From assembly GCA_963727895.1 (NCBI GenBank), contig CAVSHT010000003.1, forward strand, positions 96,001-160,000: a stretch of DNA of 64,000 nucleotides. Reading direction: 5' to 3'. The notes under the pieces are model-generated. The model did not search any database. It was not told where the DNA came from and was given only the letters and a program-made list of their open reading frames with translations. Shown one piece after another: positions 21,271 to 33,107 of this stretch (position 1 is its first letter; every line of letters starts with the position of its first letter). The position numbers and the translations under genes are program-made. The stretch is from an uncultured Methanosarcinaceae archaeon. Lineage in GTDB: Archaea; Halobacteriota; Methanosarcinia; Methanosarcinales; Methanosarcinaceae.

Positions 21271-21951
21271 ATGAAATTCAAAGCTATTGTTGCTGATATT
21301 GATGGGACAATCACCTGTGAGAAAAGGGAACTTCATCTGGGGGCCATGAAAAAGATCCGTTCTCTTAAAGTTCCAGTCGTGCTTGCCACAGGAAATACTC
21401 TATGCTATGCAAGAACAGCGTCAAGGCTTATTGGTCTGGATGGAGCTATAATCGCAGAAAATGGAGGGGCTATTACAGTCCGTTTTGATTTGCAGGGCAC
21501 TTTTGAAGAAAGCCTGGAAGAATGTGAAAAAGCCTATTCTTCTCTTTCTCAATATTTCGAGCTCACTAAACTGGATCCTCAATACCGGAGGACCGAAATT
21601 GCTCTTAGAAGGGATTTCGACCTCCAAAAAGCTAGAAATCTCCTTGAAACCCAGTTTTCCAACGTTGAAATGGTTGATACCAAATATGCTATTCATCTCA
21701 AAAGCAAGAAGATCAACAAAGGAGTAGGCCTTCTGAAGCTTGCAAGCCTTATGGGAATAAAAGCCAAAGATTTTGTGGCTATAGGAGATTCCGCAAACGA
21801 CGTTGAAATGTTTAAGGTATCAGGTTTCGGGATTGCTGTTGGAAACGGAGACGAAAAAATAAAGGAAGCTGCAGATTATGTAACAAACGCTTCCTTTGGA
21901 GACGGAGCCATTGAAGCCTTGGAATTTCTCGAATCAAATGACTGGATTTAA
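21271..21951 (+). CDS. HAD-family phosphoglycolate phosphatase (archaeal type)
   Basis: DIDGTIT, ATGN, AENGG and GDSANDVEM motifs. Confidence 0.9.
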   Translation: MKFKAIVADIDGTITCEKRELHLGAMKKIRSLKVPVVLATGNTLCYARTASRLIGLDGAIIAENGGAITVRFDLQGTFEESLEECEKAYSSLSQYFELTKLDPQYRRTEIALRRDFDLQKARNLLETQFSNVEMVDTKYAIHLKSKKINKGVGLLKLASLMGIKAKDFVAIGDSANDVEMFKVSGFGIAVGNGDEKIKEAADYVTNASFGDGAIEALEFLESNDWI

Positions 21952-22002
21952 AGAAACCATTGAAAAAAATAAATACTCTATATTTTCATATAATTGACGC
22001 AT

Positions 22003-22124
22003 TTGTTCCAAAACTTAAAATGTACTTTTTGAATCTCATTTTTGAAATAATCAGTTGAGCTTTAATCAAGAAAATAACTCTTGAACTCTTATGAACTGTG
22101 GCATAAAAGTTGTTTTTGGAACAA
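22003..22124. mobile_element. Degenerate MITE family A-like copy
   Basis: TTGTTCCAAAAC ... GTTTTTGGAACAA inverted ends. Confidence 0.5.
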
Positions 22125-22496
22125 TTTTCCATATAAACAAATTTTTTATTTAACAGTTTATGATGACTTCTCTACTCTTTTTATTTATTAAAACACTTTC
22201 TTTTTTTATATAAATAGGTTCCTCTTTTATATAAGCTCAAAATAGAAATAATTATATATTATTAACTAGGAAATAGGATTCTGTATATCAACCTGTAATT
22301 GAAGAGAGATGTCAGGAAATGATTACAAAAGTAGATTTTGATCACAAATTGTCAGGTAACAGACGATGTCAGAGACCTTTCACAAAAAATTCTTAATATC
22401 AGGTGGGATGATAAAATGAGTTATATATAATATTTTTTTGAAAAGTAGGCTGCACCTGCCTTTTATAAATCAAAGTATCTACGAGAGGTGTTGCTT

Positions 22497-23996
22497 GTGA
22501 GTGGAAAAGGTAGTGGTTCAGGAGTCGATTGGGAACATGGTCCTCAGTGCAGTAAGGTGATATGTGAAGCAAAAAAACTGGAAAGGACAATTGATTGGAA
22601 ACAGGGGCTTGCAATCGCTCTCAGTGTCCCATTATTGATCCTTCCTTCCATAGGCTACCTTACTAATTATGTTTGGGCTTTTTCAATAGTAGTCTGGGGC
22701 TTAACTGTCCTTCTGGGTTTTTTCCAGAATATTTCATTCGGAGAACTTGCAACTGTTTTACCAAAATCTTCAGGGTTGCCAGGTTATACCCAGATTGTCT
22801 TTGGCTCTAATACTGGTGAAAACAAGAGTGAAAAATCCAGGTTGATGGGAAAATTCATAGGAGGTTTCAGTGCTTGGAGCTACTGGTTAGGCTGGAGCCC
22901 AGTAATTGGAATCTATGCGATCCTTATCGGGACGTATTTACATGGGATGCTCCCAATCTTTAGTGCTATTCCTCAGACTCTTTTTAACTTAGCAGTCGGA
23001 GCGCTAGTGTTTGGGTTTATGATCATTATAAACTCCAAAGGACTTAAAAATGGAGCTACTCTTGGTTATATTCTTGCTGTAGTATCTCTATTGCCATTGG
23101 TTATTATCACCCTTGCTCCATTCTTTACTGGAGACTTCCACCTTACAAACATTACCGGGGCTTGGCTGCCACAGGACTGGAACTGGGACCTGAAGCATAT
23201 CTTAATTATTCTCGGGCTTTTTGCAATGGCTGAATGGAGTGCTGTTGCCTGGGAAAGTGCAGCAATATTTGGGCCAGAATATAAGAATCCAAATACCGAT
23301 ACGCCAAAAGCTCTGCTGGTCTGCGGCCTAATTTGCCTTGTACTCTATGTGCTTGTCCAGACTTCGGTTATAGGAGCTCTTGGAGTTAAAGGCGTACTTG
23401 CAGACCCTGTTTCCCCCATGCTTCCTCTTGCAAAGCTTTCTTTAGGTTCTGTTGGAGGTTCGATTGCAATTCTCATGCTGGTTGCAGCTATGGTCCTTAT
23501 TATTCAGACTGCTTTCCTGTCCTCTGCAAGGTCGATCTACTCAATGGCAATTGAAGGCAACCTGCCATCTGTCTTTGGAAAACTGAACGCTAACGGAAAC
23601 CCTGTAAATGCAATGATCGCAGATGGGCTCTTTAATATGTTCTTGATATTTCTTGGGAGTCCTACTGCAATTCTCTCAGCTTCTGCAGTTGGGTACATTG
23701 TAGCAAATGGAATGAGTCTCTTCGCTTACGTAAAATCGAAAAAGGACCCTGAATTTTCAAAACTGGAAAGGCCATTCAAGGCTCCTCACGGCTGGACTGA
23801 GATAGCTTTTGCAACCGGAATTCTGAACATTCCTCTCTTCCTGATTGGGATTATATATATCAGCACTCAGGAAAGCGGATGGATTGCCACAGCGGTTGGT
23901 TTTGTTGTGCTTCTCCTGTATGTACCTATCTGGATGCACTTACAAAACGAATCAAAAATCGAAAAGAAAAATGAAGCCGTCCTTGTTGCAGACTAA
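22497..23996 (+). CDS. APC-family amino acid/amine permease (resembles methylamine permease MtbP)
   Basis: About 12 TM segments, WESAA..GPEYKNP and RPFKAP motifs; GAGGTG RBS then GTG. Substrate is inferred. Confidence 0.85.
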   Translation: MSGKGSGSGVDWEHGPQCSKVICEAKKLERTIDWKQGLAIALSVPLLILPSIGYLTNYVWAFSIVVWGLTVLLGFFQNISFGELATVLPKSSGLPGYTQIVFGSNTGENKSEKSRLMGKFIGGFSAWSYWLGWSPVIGIYAILIGTYLHGMLPIFSAIPQTLFNLAVGALVFGFMIIINSKGLKNGATLGYILAVVSLLPLVIITLAPFFTGDFHLTNITGAWLPQDWNWDLKHILIILGLFAMAEWSAVAWESAAIFGPEYKNPNTDTPKALLVCGLICLVLYVLVQTSVIGALGVKGVLADPVSPMLPLAKLSLGSVGGSIAILMLVAAMVLIIQTAFLSSARSIYSMAIEGNLPSVFGKLNANGNPVNAMIADGLFNMFLIFLGSPTAILSASAVGYIVANGMSLFAYVKSKKDPEFSKLERPFKAPHGWTEIAFATGILNIPLFLIGIIYISTQESGWIATAVGFVVLLLYVPIWMHLQNESKIEKKNEAVLVAD

Positions 23997-24149
23997 GTTC
24001 TGTTATTGTGACAGCTATTGTGGCTTGAAATTCCAGAAGATAGAATCATTTAAGGTTCTATCTTTTTCCCTAATTGCAAGTATTCCACAAAGGTCACAAA
24101 CAAAAATTTATAATTCCGATATTGTCTTATTTTCAGGATACTCTCAATA

Positions 24150-24763
24150 TTAAGCTCAAAATAGATCTTTCAGTCCAAGATCCCATTGATCCCATAATTC
24201 TTTCATATCTTTGCTTTTCTTTAATATTTCAACAACAGTCTAATTAGGCTTTGCAAAAATTATGGGACTATCTTTTTCCCCAAGCTCGTTATTAACTTTC
24301 TTGGAAATCTTTTCTTCGTATATGGAAAATTGGGCATCATGGCATGGCTTGTTACCTCTTGCATCTAATCTTATCCATTTGTCCAGATCTTTTAAGTATA
24401 CCGCATTTAAACCGTGCAAGAATTTTATGTTAGCGTCGCGACTTGAAGAAAGTTTCTGATAACAGAACCCAGCAGGTATTCCAAAATATCTCAACATGGC
24501 TGCAAACAGATGGGTTTTAGCACAGCATATTCCGTGACCAGCTTCTAAAACCTCTGATGCCGTGCATGTAACTCTCATTTCTCCTATATCACCTGAATGA
24601 TGAATCTCATCCCGAACAAACTCGTAAATCTTTTTAATCAAACTGATTTCGTCTTCAGTTCCTTCTTTTAATTCAAGGCACTTATCAACAATCAGCTTGT
24701 TATTATAGTCTATGACTTCACTTTTTTGAGGTAATCTTGAAGATTATTGCTTTCAGTATACAT
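24150..24763 (-). pseudogene. Transglutaminase-like protein, broken
   Basis: GICCAKTHL..A.LR..GIPAG.CYQ, HGLN and WIRLDARG motifs. Frameshift after ATG at 24763 and TAG at 24240. 3' boundary approximate. Confidence 0.8.
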
Positions 24764-25172
24764 TTTACTCACTAGTAGTAAGTAATCTAAAGTCTTTACT
24801 ATATGAAATTTAAGTCTAATAAGTTTTATTAATACTCTTTTTTTAGGATGTTCTATTAACTCTGAGGAAATTAGTGTCATCTATGTTTTTATTTCGTCAA
24901 AAAAACATATTTATATATTATACTTCTTTGTTTCTTTTGTTATTATATATTTTCCAATTTTTAATTATATTTTCTTACTCTTTTGACAAAAAGTATTAAA
25001 TATTAATAAGTAATACCATTATCGTGATAATATGAACTAGTATCATTATCGATAATAATACTAACTAAAAATTTGACTTCCTTCTGAAAGTTTTAAAGAT
25101 TATTGATTCCTGTATAGAAGGAAGATTTTGTTAAATGCTAAGGAGAGTAAACAAAAGTAAAGAAGGAATATT

Positions 25173-25418
25173 ATGGAAACTGAAAGTAAAAGCAGATTTG
25201 TTGCCGAACTTCCTATAGAAACCCAGAAAATATTACAGAATACAGAGTATCCTGTACAAAGGAACGGCATTATTGAACAAGCAAGGAAGAATGGAGCTAC
25301 TCCTGACATACTGGTGGAACTTGGAATGCTTCCAGACCAAAAATACGATAGTGCTGAGAATGTTGCTAGGGAACTTCATATTATTTACATGGGAATCCCT
25401 GCCGAAGTCCCCGCCTAA
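25173..25418 (+). CDS. DUF2795-like small protein
   Basis: L...EYP..R..II..A...GA...I...L..LPD..YDS pattern. Confidence 0.8.
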   Translation: METESKSRFVAELPIETQKILQNTEYPVQRNGIIEQARKNGATPDILVELGMLPDQKYDSAENVARELHIIYMGIPAEVPA

Positions 25419-25622
25419 AAAACTTAATTTATTTTTCATTTTTTTGTTTGAATACCCTTCAGCAAGTAACAGTGTATTTATCTGAAACAAATTATTCAAT
25501 AGAAGAGAGCATATTCTCAAAAATCGTAAGGTTTTTGAGAACCTCAAGTCTTTCCTTTATTCTTCTGTAAAAAAATCAGATTGAAAACAACAATTTTCAT
25601 CTCATCACTCGAAAGTGATTTT

Positions 25623-26003
25623 TTAAATTTCCCAGTAAGGATGAACTGTATACTGTTCATATACTCTAGTTAAATCATCACGAGTTAAAATCCACACGTC
25701 GTCACCCAAGCCTTCTGACGTTTCGAATGCTCCTTTCTCAACTCTAAGGATATAATCGCCTCGACTTGCTTCAAGAGCTTCCCAGGGAATGGCAAATAAT
25801 TTACAGGACATACCTAGAAAACAATCACAAGCAAGTACTACGTATGCTATTCTTCCCCTTTCAGAGTCAATCATTACTTCTTCAATCTTTCCGAGTTCTT
25901 CATCTTTAACAGTTAAGACCTTAGATCCTTTTATTTCAGTTGCCGGCACAAAAGTCATGTTCTTAACTACTTGCAATTCTTCATCTATTTCCATATACCT
26001 CAA
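25623..26003 (-). CDS. PRC-barrel domain protein
   Basis: ELGKIEEVMID...GRIAYVVL...FLG...KLFAIPWEAL. Confidence 0.88.
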   Translation of the reverse strand: MRYMEIDEELQVVKNMTFVPATEIKGSKVLTVKDEELGKIEEVMIDSERGRIAYVVLACDCFLGMSCKLFAIPWEALEASRGDYILRVEKGAFETSEGLGDDVWILTRDDLTRVYEQYTVHPYWEI

Positions 26004-26199
26004 CCCCCAATGTATTACTTATTTCTTCTAGTTATCTCTTTCAAAAGTACAGAGAAACGTTACGTTCTTTCAGCCTGCTCCGTCCCCATTTCAGACTTAA
26101 GCATGTAAGTTTCCTTTCATGGTCCCTCCCATGAGAGATCCCATTAATAAAGAATTCATTATAATATACATTCCTTACGTACTTGAGGTTATGACTCCC

Positions 26200-26385
26200 A
26201 GTAACTAAAAGATGAGCAAGAGAACATCTATAAATATAACTCAAAGTAACCCGAACTGTTACATACTGGTTTAGAGTTAGAGATTACCGAGTGTTTATCA
26301 AATTGATGAAGCAGAAAATGAAATGTACGTTTTCGAGATTTTAACTGCTGAACAAGCATATAAGAAGTATGGAAGAATATGGACT
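26200..26385 (+). pseudogene. RelE/ParE-like toxin remnant
   Basis: Frameshifted fragments YWFRVRDYRVF and QIDEAENEMYVFEILTAEQAYKKYGRI. Confidence 0.5.
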
Positions 26386-26609
26386 ACTTCTTGCTTCAAA
26401 ACCAATAACATACAGACTAGAAATTATTTAGCCGACGACCATTGAATTAGAAGATATTTTATCTCCACCATTTACTATTGTCTATGTGCTATTTATCTAA
26501 TACAAAACACTACTTTTTTATTGGGCATATAGGCATATATAAAATTCAACCAAAACCTCAAAGACTACTCTTAAATTTTTTATATATATTTTCATTTATT
26601 TTGATACGG

Positions 26610-27989
26610 TGATAGTATTCCCAATATACAAACAGACACTAGAATCACACAAGAATTATTTGAGCAGCGCAAAGAAGGTTTAGGTAGGTTTTCTTCACTC
26701 CTAAATGTCTTACTTGTAATAGTTGGATTTTATTATACAATTCTGAATTTTACAATAGAAAAAATAACAACTAATGAAAATAGTATTACATTAGTAACTG
26801 ATATTAAGGATTCAAATCTTATTTTGGTATTGATAATCAAATTTCGCTCAATAGGAAGAGTTTTAGGGGTGAGTCATGTTTCTGTCCAAAAATGGATAAA
26901 GAAATTTGGTCAGGAGTTAGAGGACCTAAAAAGTGAAAATGAGATATCTATTGTTGAAATGGATGAGATGCACACTTACATCGGTAACAAAAAAAATATT
27001 GCTGGATCTGGATTGCTGTTGATAGAGTTGGGAAAAAGTTTATCAACTGCTCTTTTGATAGCAGAGGAACGGAAACTGGAAAACTACTCTGGGAAAAAGT
27101 GAAGAAAAAATAGATTGGAGAAGTGATGACAGATCACTGGAGGGCATATGCAGAGTTTCTTCCAGAAAAGAGTCATACTCAATCAAAAGCAAAAACGTAT
27201 ACTGTTGAAGGATATAACAGCATATTGAGGCATTTCCTGGCAAGGTTGAGAAGAAAAACAAAGTGTTATAAAAAAAGTCTTGAAATGCTAAAGTACTCGG
27301 TTATTCTATTGATGAAATACAGAAATAAAGAACTAGATATATTTAGTTAACAATACCATATTTTGTTTAGCAATAGAACGATAATTATCGGATTATACAT
27401 AATTTCATTACTTAGTTCTTTACTCTTAGTCGTTATTTCAACTGATCTATTTTGCAGGCGACAAAGTACAATTAATCCGCAAATACTTAATAAGTATAGT
27501 AAATATATTCGAGTTACTGGTATCATCTTTTTTATTGTACCTACAGCTTTTTTCGTTCAATATATTCAGAATTACAATTCATCTCAAACTATACCCGATT
27601 TACAAATTGAATTTATTAATAACGGATCTAATGAGATTCATATTTATGGTCAAGGAAAATTTATACTCACCGAATTCAAAACACCATTAACTGACCAGCA
27701 AGTGGCTTCAGGAAAAATCAAATTGAAAACAGCTGATAATAATTATCAAAATGAATTTATAATTTCTCCAAAAGGAAAGTTAATTGTTTATGCTCAAGTT
27801 ATTAACCCAGTAGGCTATCTGCATCTTTTTCAAAGAGGAGACATTAACACGTGGTTAATATTTAATCAAGCGGATGGAAAAATGATTACTGTACAAGGAA
27901 TACCCTTTGATAGAGAGACATTTTCAAATTACTGTATTCCCTTTGAAATTGGAAACACTCACGAAGACTCAAATACAAGCATCCTTTGA
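26610..27989 (+). pseudogene. Membrane protein gene interrupted by IS1 (3' part is ORF 27363-27989)
   Basis: Open frame DSIPNIQ...SNLI before the IS rejoins in frame with LFSNRT after removing the IS and one TTATTTT/ATATTTT copy. No start codon found. Confidence 0.55.
26826..27357 (+). mobile_element. Internally deleted IS1-family element
   Basis: Left IR GGTATTGATAATCAAA joined directly to mid-transposase TTTCGCTCAATAGG; right IR intact. Confidence 0.9.
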
Positions 27990-28092
27990 TCCACTACATA
28001 CAAAGGATGACCAGTAAAACAGCTAAATGAAAATATGTATAAGTAAGTATTCAATATTAAAAGTTTGATCAAAGAGAGAAGGAGTAGGTCTC

Positions 28093-28443
28093 TTACTCTT
28101 CAGCTCTCTGAATCCGTTTTCCCCCAAATGCATGAATAGTTCTCGTTCCAGCAATACACCTTCCCCCTTGCTCTGTCTCCTTAGGAATGAATAATTCGTC
28201 TCCGGGATTAAGAACAAACTCTTCGTCATTCAATATCGCTGTATACTGACCGCTAACGCAAACCATGTATTCATCAAATTCATGGGTATGCTTCTTAGAA
28301 ACTCTGTCAGAATAACATGTCCAGAACGCCATCTGACTGCCGTCTGTGCCTTCGTAAAAATAGCCGTCGATGTCCTCAGTATTTTGTTCCTTATTGCTAA
28401 TATGATTACTTTTACTTTTCATAAACTCAGGAAAATCTTTCAC
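28093..28443 (-). CDS. Cupin domain protein
   Basis: HTHEFDEY.V.VSG and LNPGDELFIP motifs; GGAGG RBS. Confidence 0.85.
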   Translation of the reverse strand: MKDFPEFMKSKSNHISNKEQNTEDIDGYFYEGTDGSQMAFWTCYSDRVSKKHTHEFDEYMVCVSGQYTAILNDEEFVLNPGDELFIPKETEQGGRCIAGTRTIHAFGGKRIQRAEE

Positions 28444-28716
28444 ACTTGAAAACCTCCTAGTATTTAAGTAATCTACATAATATTAAATCAATGTATGAAT
28501 TGTAACGTCAAATCAAAAAACAACTCATTGAAAACTTGTATTCCTTAGTCGCAAGTTGAAATAACACAAAATGGTAATTGATATATATCATAATGTTTTA
28601 TGCTATTGATTTTATATTACCACAAATAGAGTTGTATTAACTAAAAAATTCAGTATCATTTAAGCATTTCAGTATATTTATTACTTTAGCAGACATCAAA
28701 ATATTGAGGTGAACAA

Positions 28717-28857
28717 ATGCCAGCAAGAAAAGTAAAGAATGATAATAAAGAAAAGGAGTTAATGGCAAAACTAGAATCAATAGAAGAAAAAAGAAAAGAT
28801 ACTGCAGAACAAATAAACATAGAAGAGGAACTCGATGAAAGTAAAAGGCCCAAATAA
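28717..28857 (+). CDS. 46-aa highly charged small protein
   Basis: Hand-translated MPARKVKNDNKEKELMAKLESIEEKRKDTAEQINIEEELDESKRPK; GAGGTGA RBS. Confidence 0.6.
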   Translation: MPARKVKNDNKEKELMAKLESIEEKRKDTAEQINIEEELDESKRPK

Positions 28858-29193
28858 ACAGTATGTTACAAAAAGATAGTTACATACTAACTATTGTTGC
28901 AGACAAAAAAATTTGATTCAATATTTTTCATGAGTTAAATCCATTTATATTTATATCTCTTTTTTAATCCAATAGAAATTAAGGCACTATATTTTATTTT
29001 AGGATTTTGCTTCGATTTCAATGCTTCTGAACTCAAAAAGAGAAACATAAATTTTACCATGAAAAATATGATCAGAAGCATATTTCTTTAAGGAAATGCT
29101 TCTTCTCTGAAAATAAAATTTTTTTCTGAGACAAAACATTATTTTTTCTTTAATTGCAGTGAATTAAAAGCTTTAATTGATAATTCATAATTA

Positions 29194-30450
29194 TTAGAAT
29201 TTACCACGGCCAAGCTGGGCATGAGCACGGGCAAGGTGGCCTGCAGCCTGAGCTCCTATAAGGTTAACTTCTCCTGCAAGCACGGCAGCAGCTACAATTT
29301 CCGCAAATTTCTTAGAGTTTGTTCCGGGAACATCACCTGCCCCTGCAACGCCGAGAATATTCAAGCAATCTCTCTGGGTTCCAAGACCAGTGCCTCCCCC
29401 AACAGTTCCTACAGGTAGAGCAGGTAGAGTGACAGTACAGTGAATCTCTTCGTATTTTGTAAGTTCCATGCTTGTAATTGCAGTGCTTCCTTCGACAACA
29501 TGGGCTGCGTCTTGTCCACAGGCTAGATATATCGCAGCAATAATATTTGCAGCATGGGCATTGAAGCCAAGCGCTCCTGCTCTTGCAGATCCAAGCAGGT
29601 TTTTGCTGTAGTTAACCTCAAACATGGACTCAGGAGTACATTTCAGAATTTCCTTGACAAGCTCTTTTGGAATCGTAACTTCGGCTACAACAGTTTTTCC
29701 CCTTCCTAATATTGTGCTGATCGAAGCCGGTTTTTTGTCGGTACACATGTTTCCTGAAACGGTAACAGGATGTGCGCCGAATTCATCTTCTATCAGGTGC
29801 GTCACTGCCTCAGTAGCTATAGTTACCATGTTCATGCCCATAGCGTCTTTTGTATCGTACGAGAACCTGAGATGTACATATGTGCCGACTACGAAGGGTT
29901 TTACAGAAAGTAATTTTCCAAAACGTGTAGTTTTTTCAGCAACGGTTTTCATTTGCTCAAAAACTTCAGGGCATTTTACCCACTCATAAAATTCCTTAGC
30001 CCTGATAAGGTTCTCAAGCTTAAAAACAGGTGCTCTGGTCATTTCGTCTTCAAATACCTTTACGTTTGCTCCTCCGGATTTTGTAATAACTGAACAGCCG
30101 CGGTTTACACCGGCAACAAGAGCTCCTTCTGTTGTAGCAAGTGGGATGTAATATTCAGAATTCGCATATTCACCCTTTACTTTCAGAAGCCCGGCAATTC
30201 CGAGAGGAATCTGAACTGCACCTATCATGTTCTCAATGTTCTTTTTTGATGCAACTTCTACATCCAGAGAATAATTTTGAATATGCTCAAACTCGAGTTT
30301 CATAAATTCTTGTATTGCAAGCCGTCTGAGTTTTACGGAAGTCAACGGATCTGCAAACTCCTCAACCTTGCGGAGGGCTAAATCCCCATCCAGAATTTTT
30401 TGTAAAAGGACTTTTTCTTCGTCATTTAAATCATAATCCTCTGAAAACAT
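29194..30450 (-). CDS. hmgA: HMG-CoA reductase (class I)
   Basis: ENMIG, ATTEGALVA, DAMGMN, SGNMCTDKK and GTVGGGT motifs. Confidence 0.97.
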   Translation of the reverse strand: MFSEDYDLNDEEKVLLQKILDGDLALRKVEEFADPLTSVKLRRLAIQEFMKLEFEHIQNYSLDVEVASKKNIENMIGAVQIPLGIAGLLKVKGEYANSEYYIPLATTEGALVAGVNRGCSVITKSGGANVKVFEDEMTRAPVFKLENLIRAKEFYEWVKCPEVFEQMKTVAEKTTRFGKLLSVKPFVVGTYVHLRFSYDTKDAMGMNMVTIATEAVTHLIEDEFGAHPVTVSGNMCTDKKPASISTILGRGKTVVAEVTIPKELVKEILKCTPESMFEVNYSKNLLGSARAGALGFNAHAANIIAAIYLACGQDAAHVVEGSTAITSMELTKYEEIHCTVTLPALPVGTVGGGTGLGTQRDCLNILGVAGAGDVPGTNSKKFAEIVAAAVLAGEVNLIGAQAAGHLARAHAQLGRGKF

Positions 30451-30942
30451 GAAAATCACCTGTTTAAATTATTTTTATGTTCATATCTTTAAAATTAGTT
30501 GATTGAAAGGCTGAAATATTCAGTGTTAATCAGTTATTTTAATATGTTTTGTACTAAAACCCATTTTTATCCTAATTATGTGATATTGGCATATAATTCA
30601 TTCCTTAATGTGAGATCTCATATTTTGTTTTCTAAATGGGATAATATTGTATAAAACATAAAAAGTTATACATTTTTGTCAAAAGTTCATATTTTTAAAA
30701 ATTAATCCATAAATCAAAATTGGTTTTCTGAATTTCAAAATTTGAGCAATCAACCTAGTTTTTTCATTGAATATTTTGCCACAAAAGTTATGCAGTTTGA
30801 TCACGTTGTTGTGATGGTTTTCTCTTGGAAGAATTTGGAATATAACCAAAATCTATGATCCTTAAAGAAAATATTCTGAGATTAAAGGATGTTTCTATAT
30901 CCAGATCACGAAATCTGAAATTGAAGCTTGCTTAAAAAAGAA

Positions 30943-31690
30943 GGTATTGATACTTAAACATAGTTATATATTATTAGAAAGTATATTTCTTCATGAACTG
31001 CCCCAGATGCAATAGTTCCAGTCACAAAAATAATGGTATAGTTGGTGGGCGTCAACGCTACAAATGCCATGATCCATGATTGTGGATATAACTATACAGT
31101 AGAGCTAAAATCAACTGCTTTTTCCACCTCTGTCAAAAAACAGGCTTTACAACTTTACCTTGAAGGATTGGGCTTTCGCTCAATAGGAAGAGTTTTAGGG
31201 GTGAGTCATGTTTCTGTCCAAAAATGGATCAAGAAATTTGGTCAGGAGTTAGAGGACCTAAAAAGTGAAAATGAGATATCTATTGTTGAAATGGATGAAA
31301 TGCACACTTACATCGGTAACAAAAAAAAATATTGCTGGATCTGGATTGCTGTTGATAGAGTTGGGAAAAAGTTCATCAACTGCTCTTTTGGTAGCAGAGG
31401 AACGGAAACTGGAAAACTACTCTGGGAAAAATTGAAGAAAAAAGAGATTGGAGAAGTGATGACAGATCACTGGAGAGCATATGCAGAGTTTATTCCTGAA
31501 ACGATTCATACTCAATCAAAAGCAGAAACATTTACAGTTGAAGGATATAACAGCATATTGAGGCATTTTCTAGCAAGATTGAGAAGAAAAACAAAGTGTT
31601 ATACAAAAAGTCTTGAAATGCTAAAGTACTCGGTTATTCTATTGATGAAATAAAGAAATAAAGAACTAGATATAGTTAAGTAACAATACC
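30943..31690 (+). mobile_element. IS1-family element, 748 bp (7-bp duplication, A9 run)
   Basis: IRs present; flanks AAAAAGAA / AAAAATAA; CCATGAT duplication breaks the 5' frame. Confidence 0.95.
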
Positions 31691-32369
31691 AAAAATAAGT
31701 ATCTAATAGTTAAATAAGAAAAGTAAAAAAGAACTGAAGTAGGATCTCCCTCATGTCCTACCACAGATCCTTGGAGGTTTTATGTTGTGGAGGTTTTATG
31801 TTGTTTTAAGACGTTTTGCCATTTTTGTTTTTGCCATTTTTGGTACTCCAGATTTACTGGTCTACTGAATTACTGTATCGTCTTCTCGGGATCCGCGTAA
31901 ACTTCATGTTTACTGATAAAGGTTCCCTCTTTGAGATATTTAACTCTCATTTGTTGATGATTGGGGTCCATGATACACATCCAGATTTTAGAGACTCTCT
32001 TGAGTGATATTCCTTATGATATACTAATGGGAATTTAACACCAGAGTCTCTCTAGCTGCAGACATACACCTGCAATTTAGGAGTACGGATTCTTATTACC
32101 TTCTTTCTTATATTTATACTTTTCTTTTAACTAAGTTAAATTTAAATTCGATATGAGTAGCCATATATTAAAGCGCTACCAAAATTAAACTATTTATAAT
32201 TGTCGTTTTTAGATGTTTTATGTAAAAATAACCTAAATTTTGTTTTTGAGATGATTTGAGGTTCTTATTGAGCTTGTCCAACTGAATTTATGTCATAAAT
32301 CATAAAAAAATCATTGTAAATTTTTATTTTTTACACAAGGCCATTTTTAGAATAAGGAATATGACAGAA

Positions 32370-33107
32370 GGTATTGGTAATCAAAAATAGATATATATGC
32401 TTATAACATATATTTCTTCATGAACTGCCCCAAATGCAATAGTTCTAATCACAAAAAGAATGGTATAGTTGGCGGACGTCAACGGTACAAATGCCATGAT
32501 TGTGGCTATAACTATACAGTAGAGCTAAAATCAACTGCTTTTTCCGCTTCTGTAAAAAGACAGGCTTTACAACTCTATCTTGAAGGATTGGGCTTTCGCT
32601 CAATAGGAAGAGTTTTAGGGGTAAGTCATGTTTCTGTCCAAAAATGGATAAAGAAATTTGGTCAGGAGTTAGAGAACCTAAAAAGTGAAAATGAGATACT
32701 ATTGTTGAAATGGATGAAATGCACACTTACATCGGTAACAAAAAAATATTGCTGGATCTGGATTGCTGTTGATAGAGTTGGGAAACAGTTTATCAACTGC
32801 TCTTTTGGTAGCAGAGGGACGGAAACTGGAAAACTACTCTGGGAAAAATTGAAGAAAAAAGAGATTGGAGAAGTGATGACAGATCACTGGAGAGCATATG
32901 CAGAGTTTCTTCCAGAAAAGAGTCATACTCAATCAAAAGCAAAAACGTATACTGTTGAAGGATATAACAGCATATTGAGGCACTTTTTAGCAAGGTTGAG
33001 AAGAAAGACAAAGTGTTATACGAAGAGTTTTGAAATGCTAAAGTACTCGGTTATTCTATTGATGAAATACAGAAAGAAAGAGTTAACTATGTTTAATTAA
33101 CAATACC
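32370..33107 (+). mobile_element. IS1-family element, 738 bp, perfect 8-bp TSD TGACAGAA
   Basis: IRs and TSD read directly; fused 226-aa ORF with a scrambled internal segment. Confidence 0.95.

Noticed and set aside
24240..24242. In-frame TAG in the transglutaminase gene as a pyrrolysine codon
   Set aside because: The gene also has frameshifts, so this is ordinary decay. It also shows that amber codons here can be simple nonsense mutations.
30650..30800. Possible additional MITE family
   Set aside because: Ends too degenerate to define by eye.
31750..32100. Possible gene between two IS1 copies
   Set aside because: Only short broken frames and small duplications; no product could be supported.
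32420..33100. 226-aa fused IS1 ORF as an active transposase
   Set aside because: Two compensating deletions replace the MDEMH segment, removing a probable catalytic Asp.
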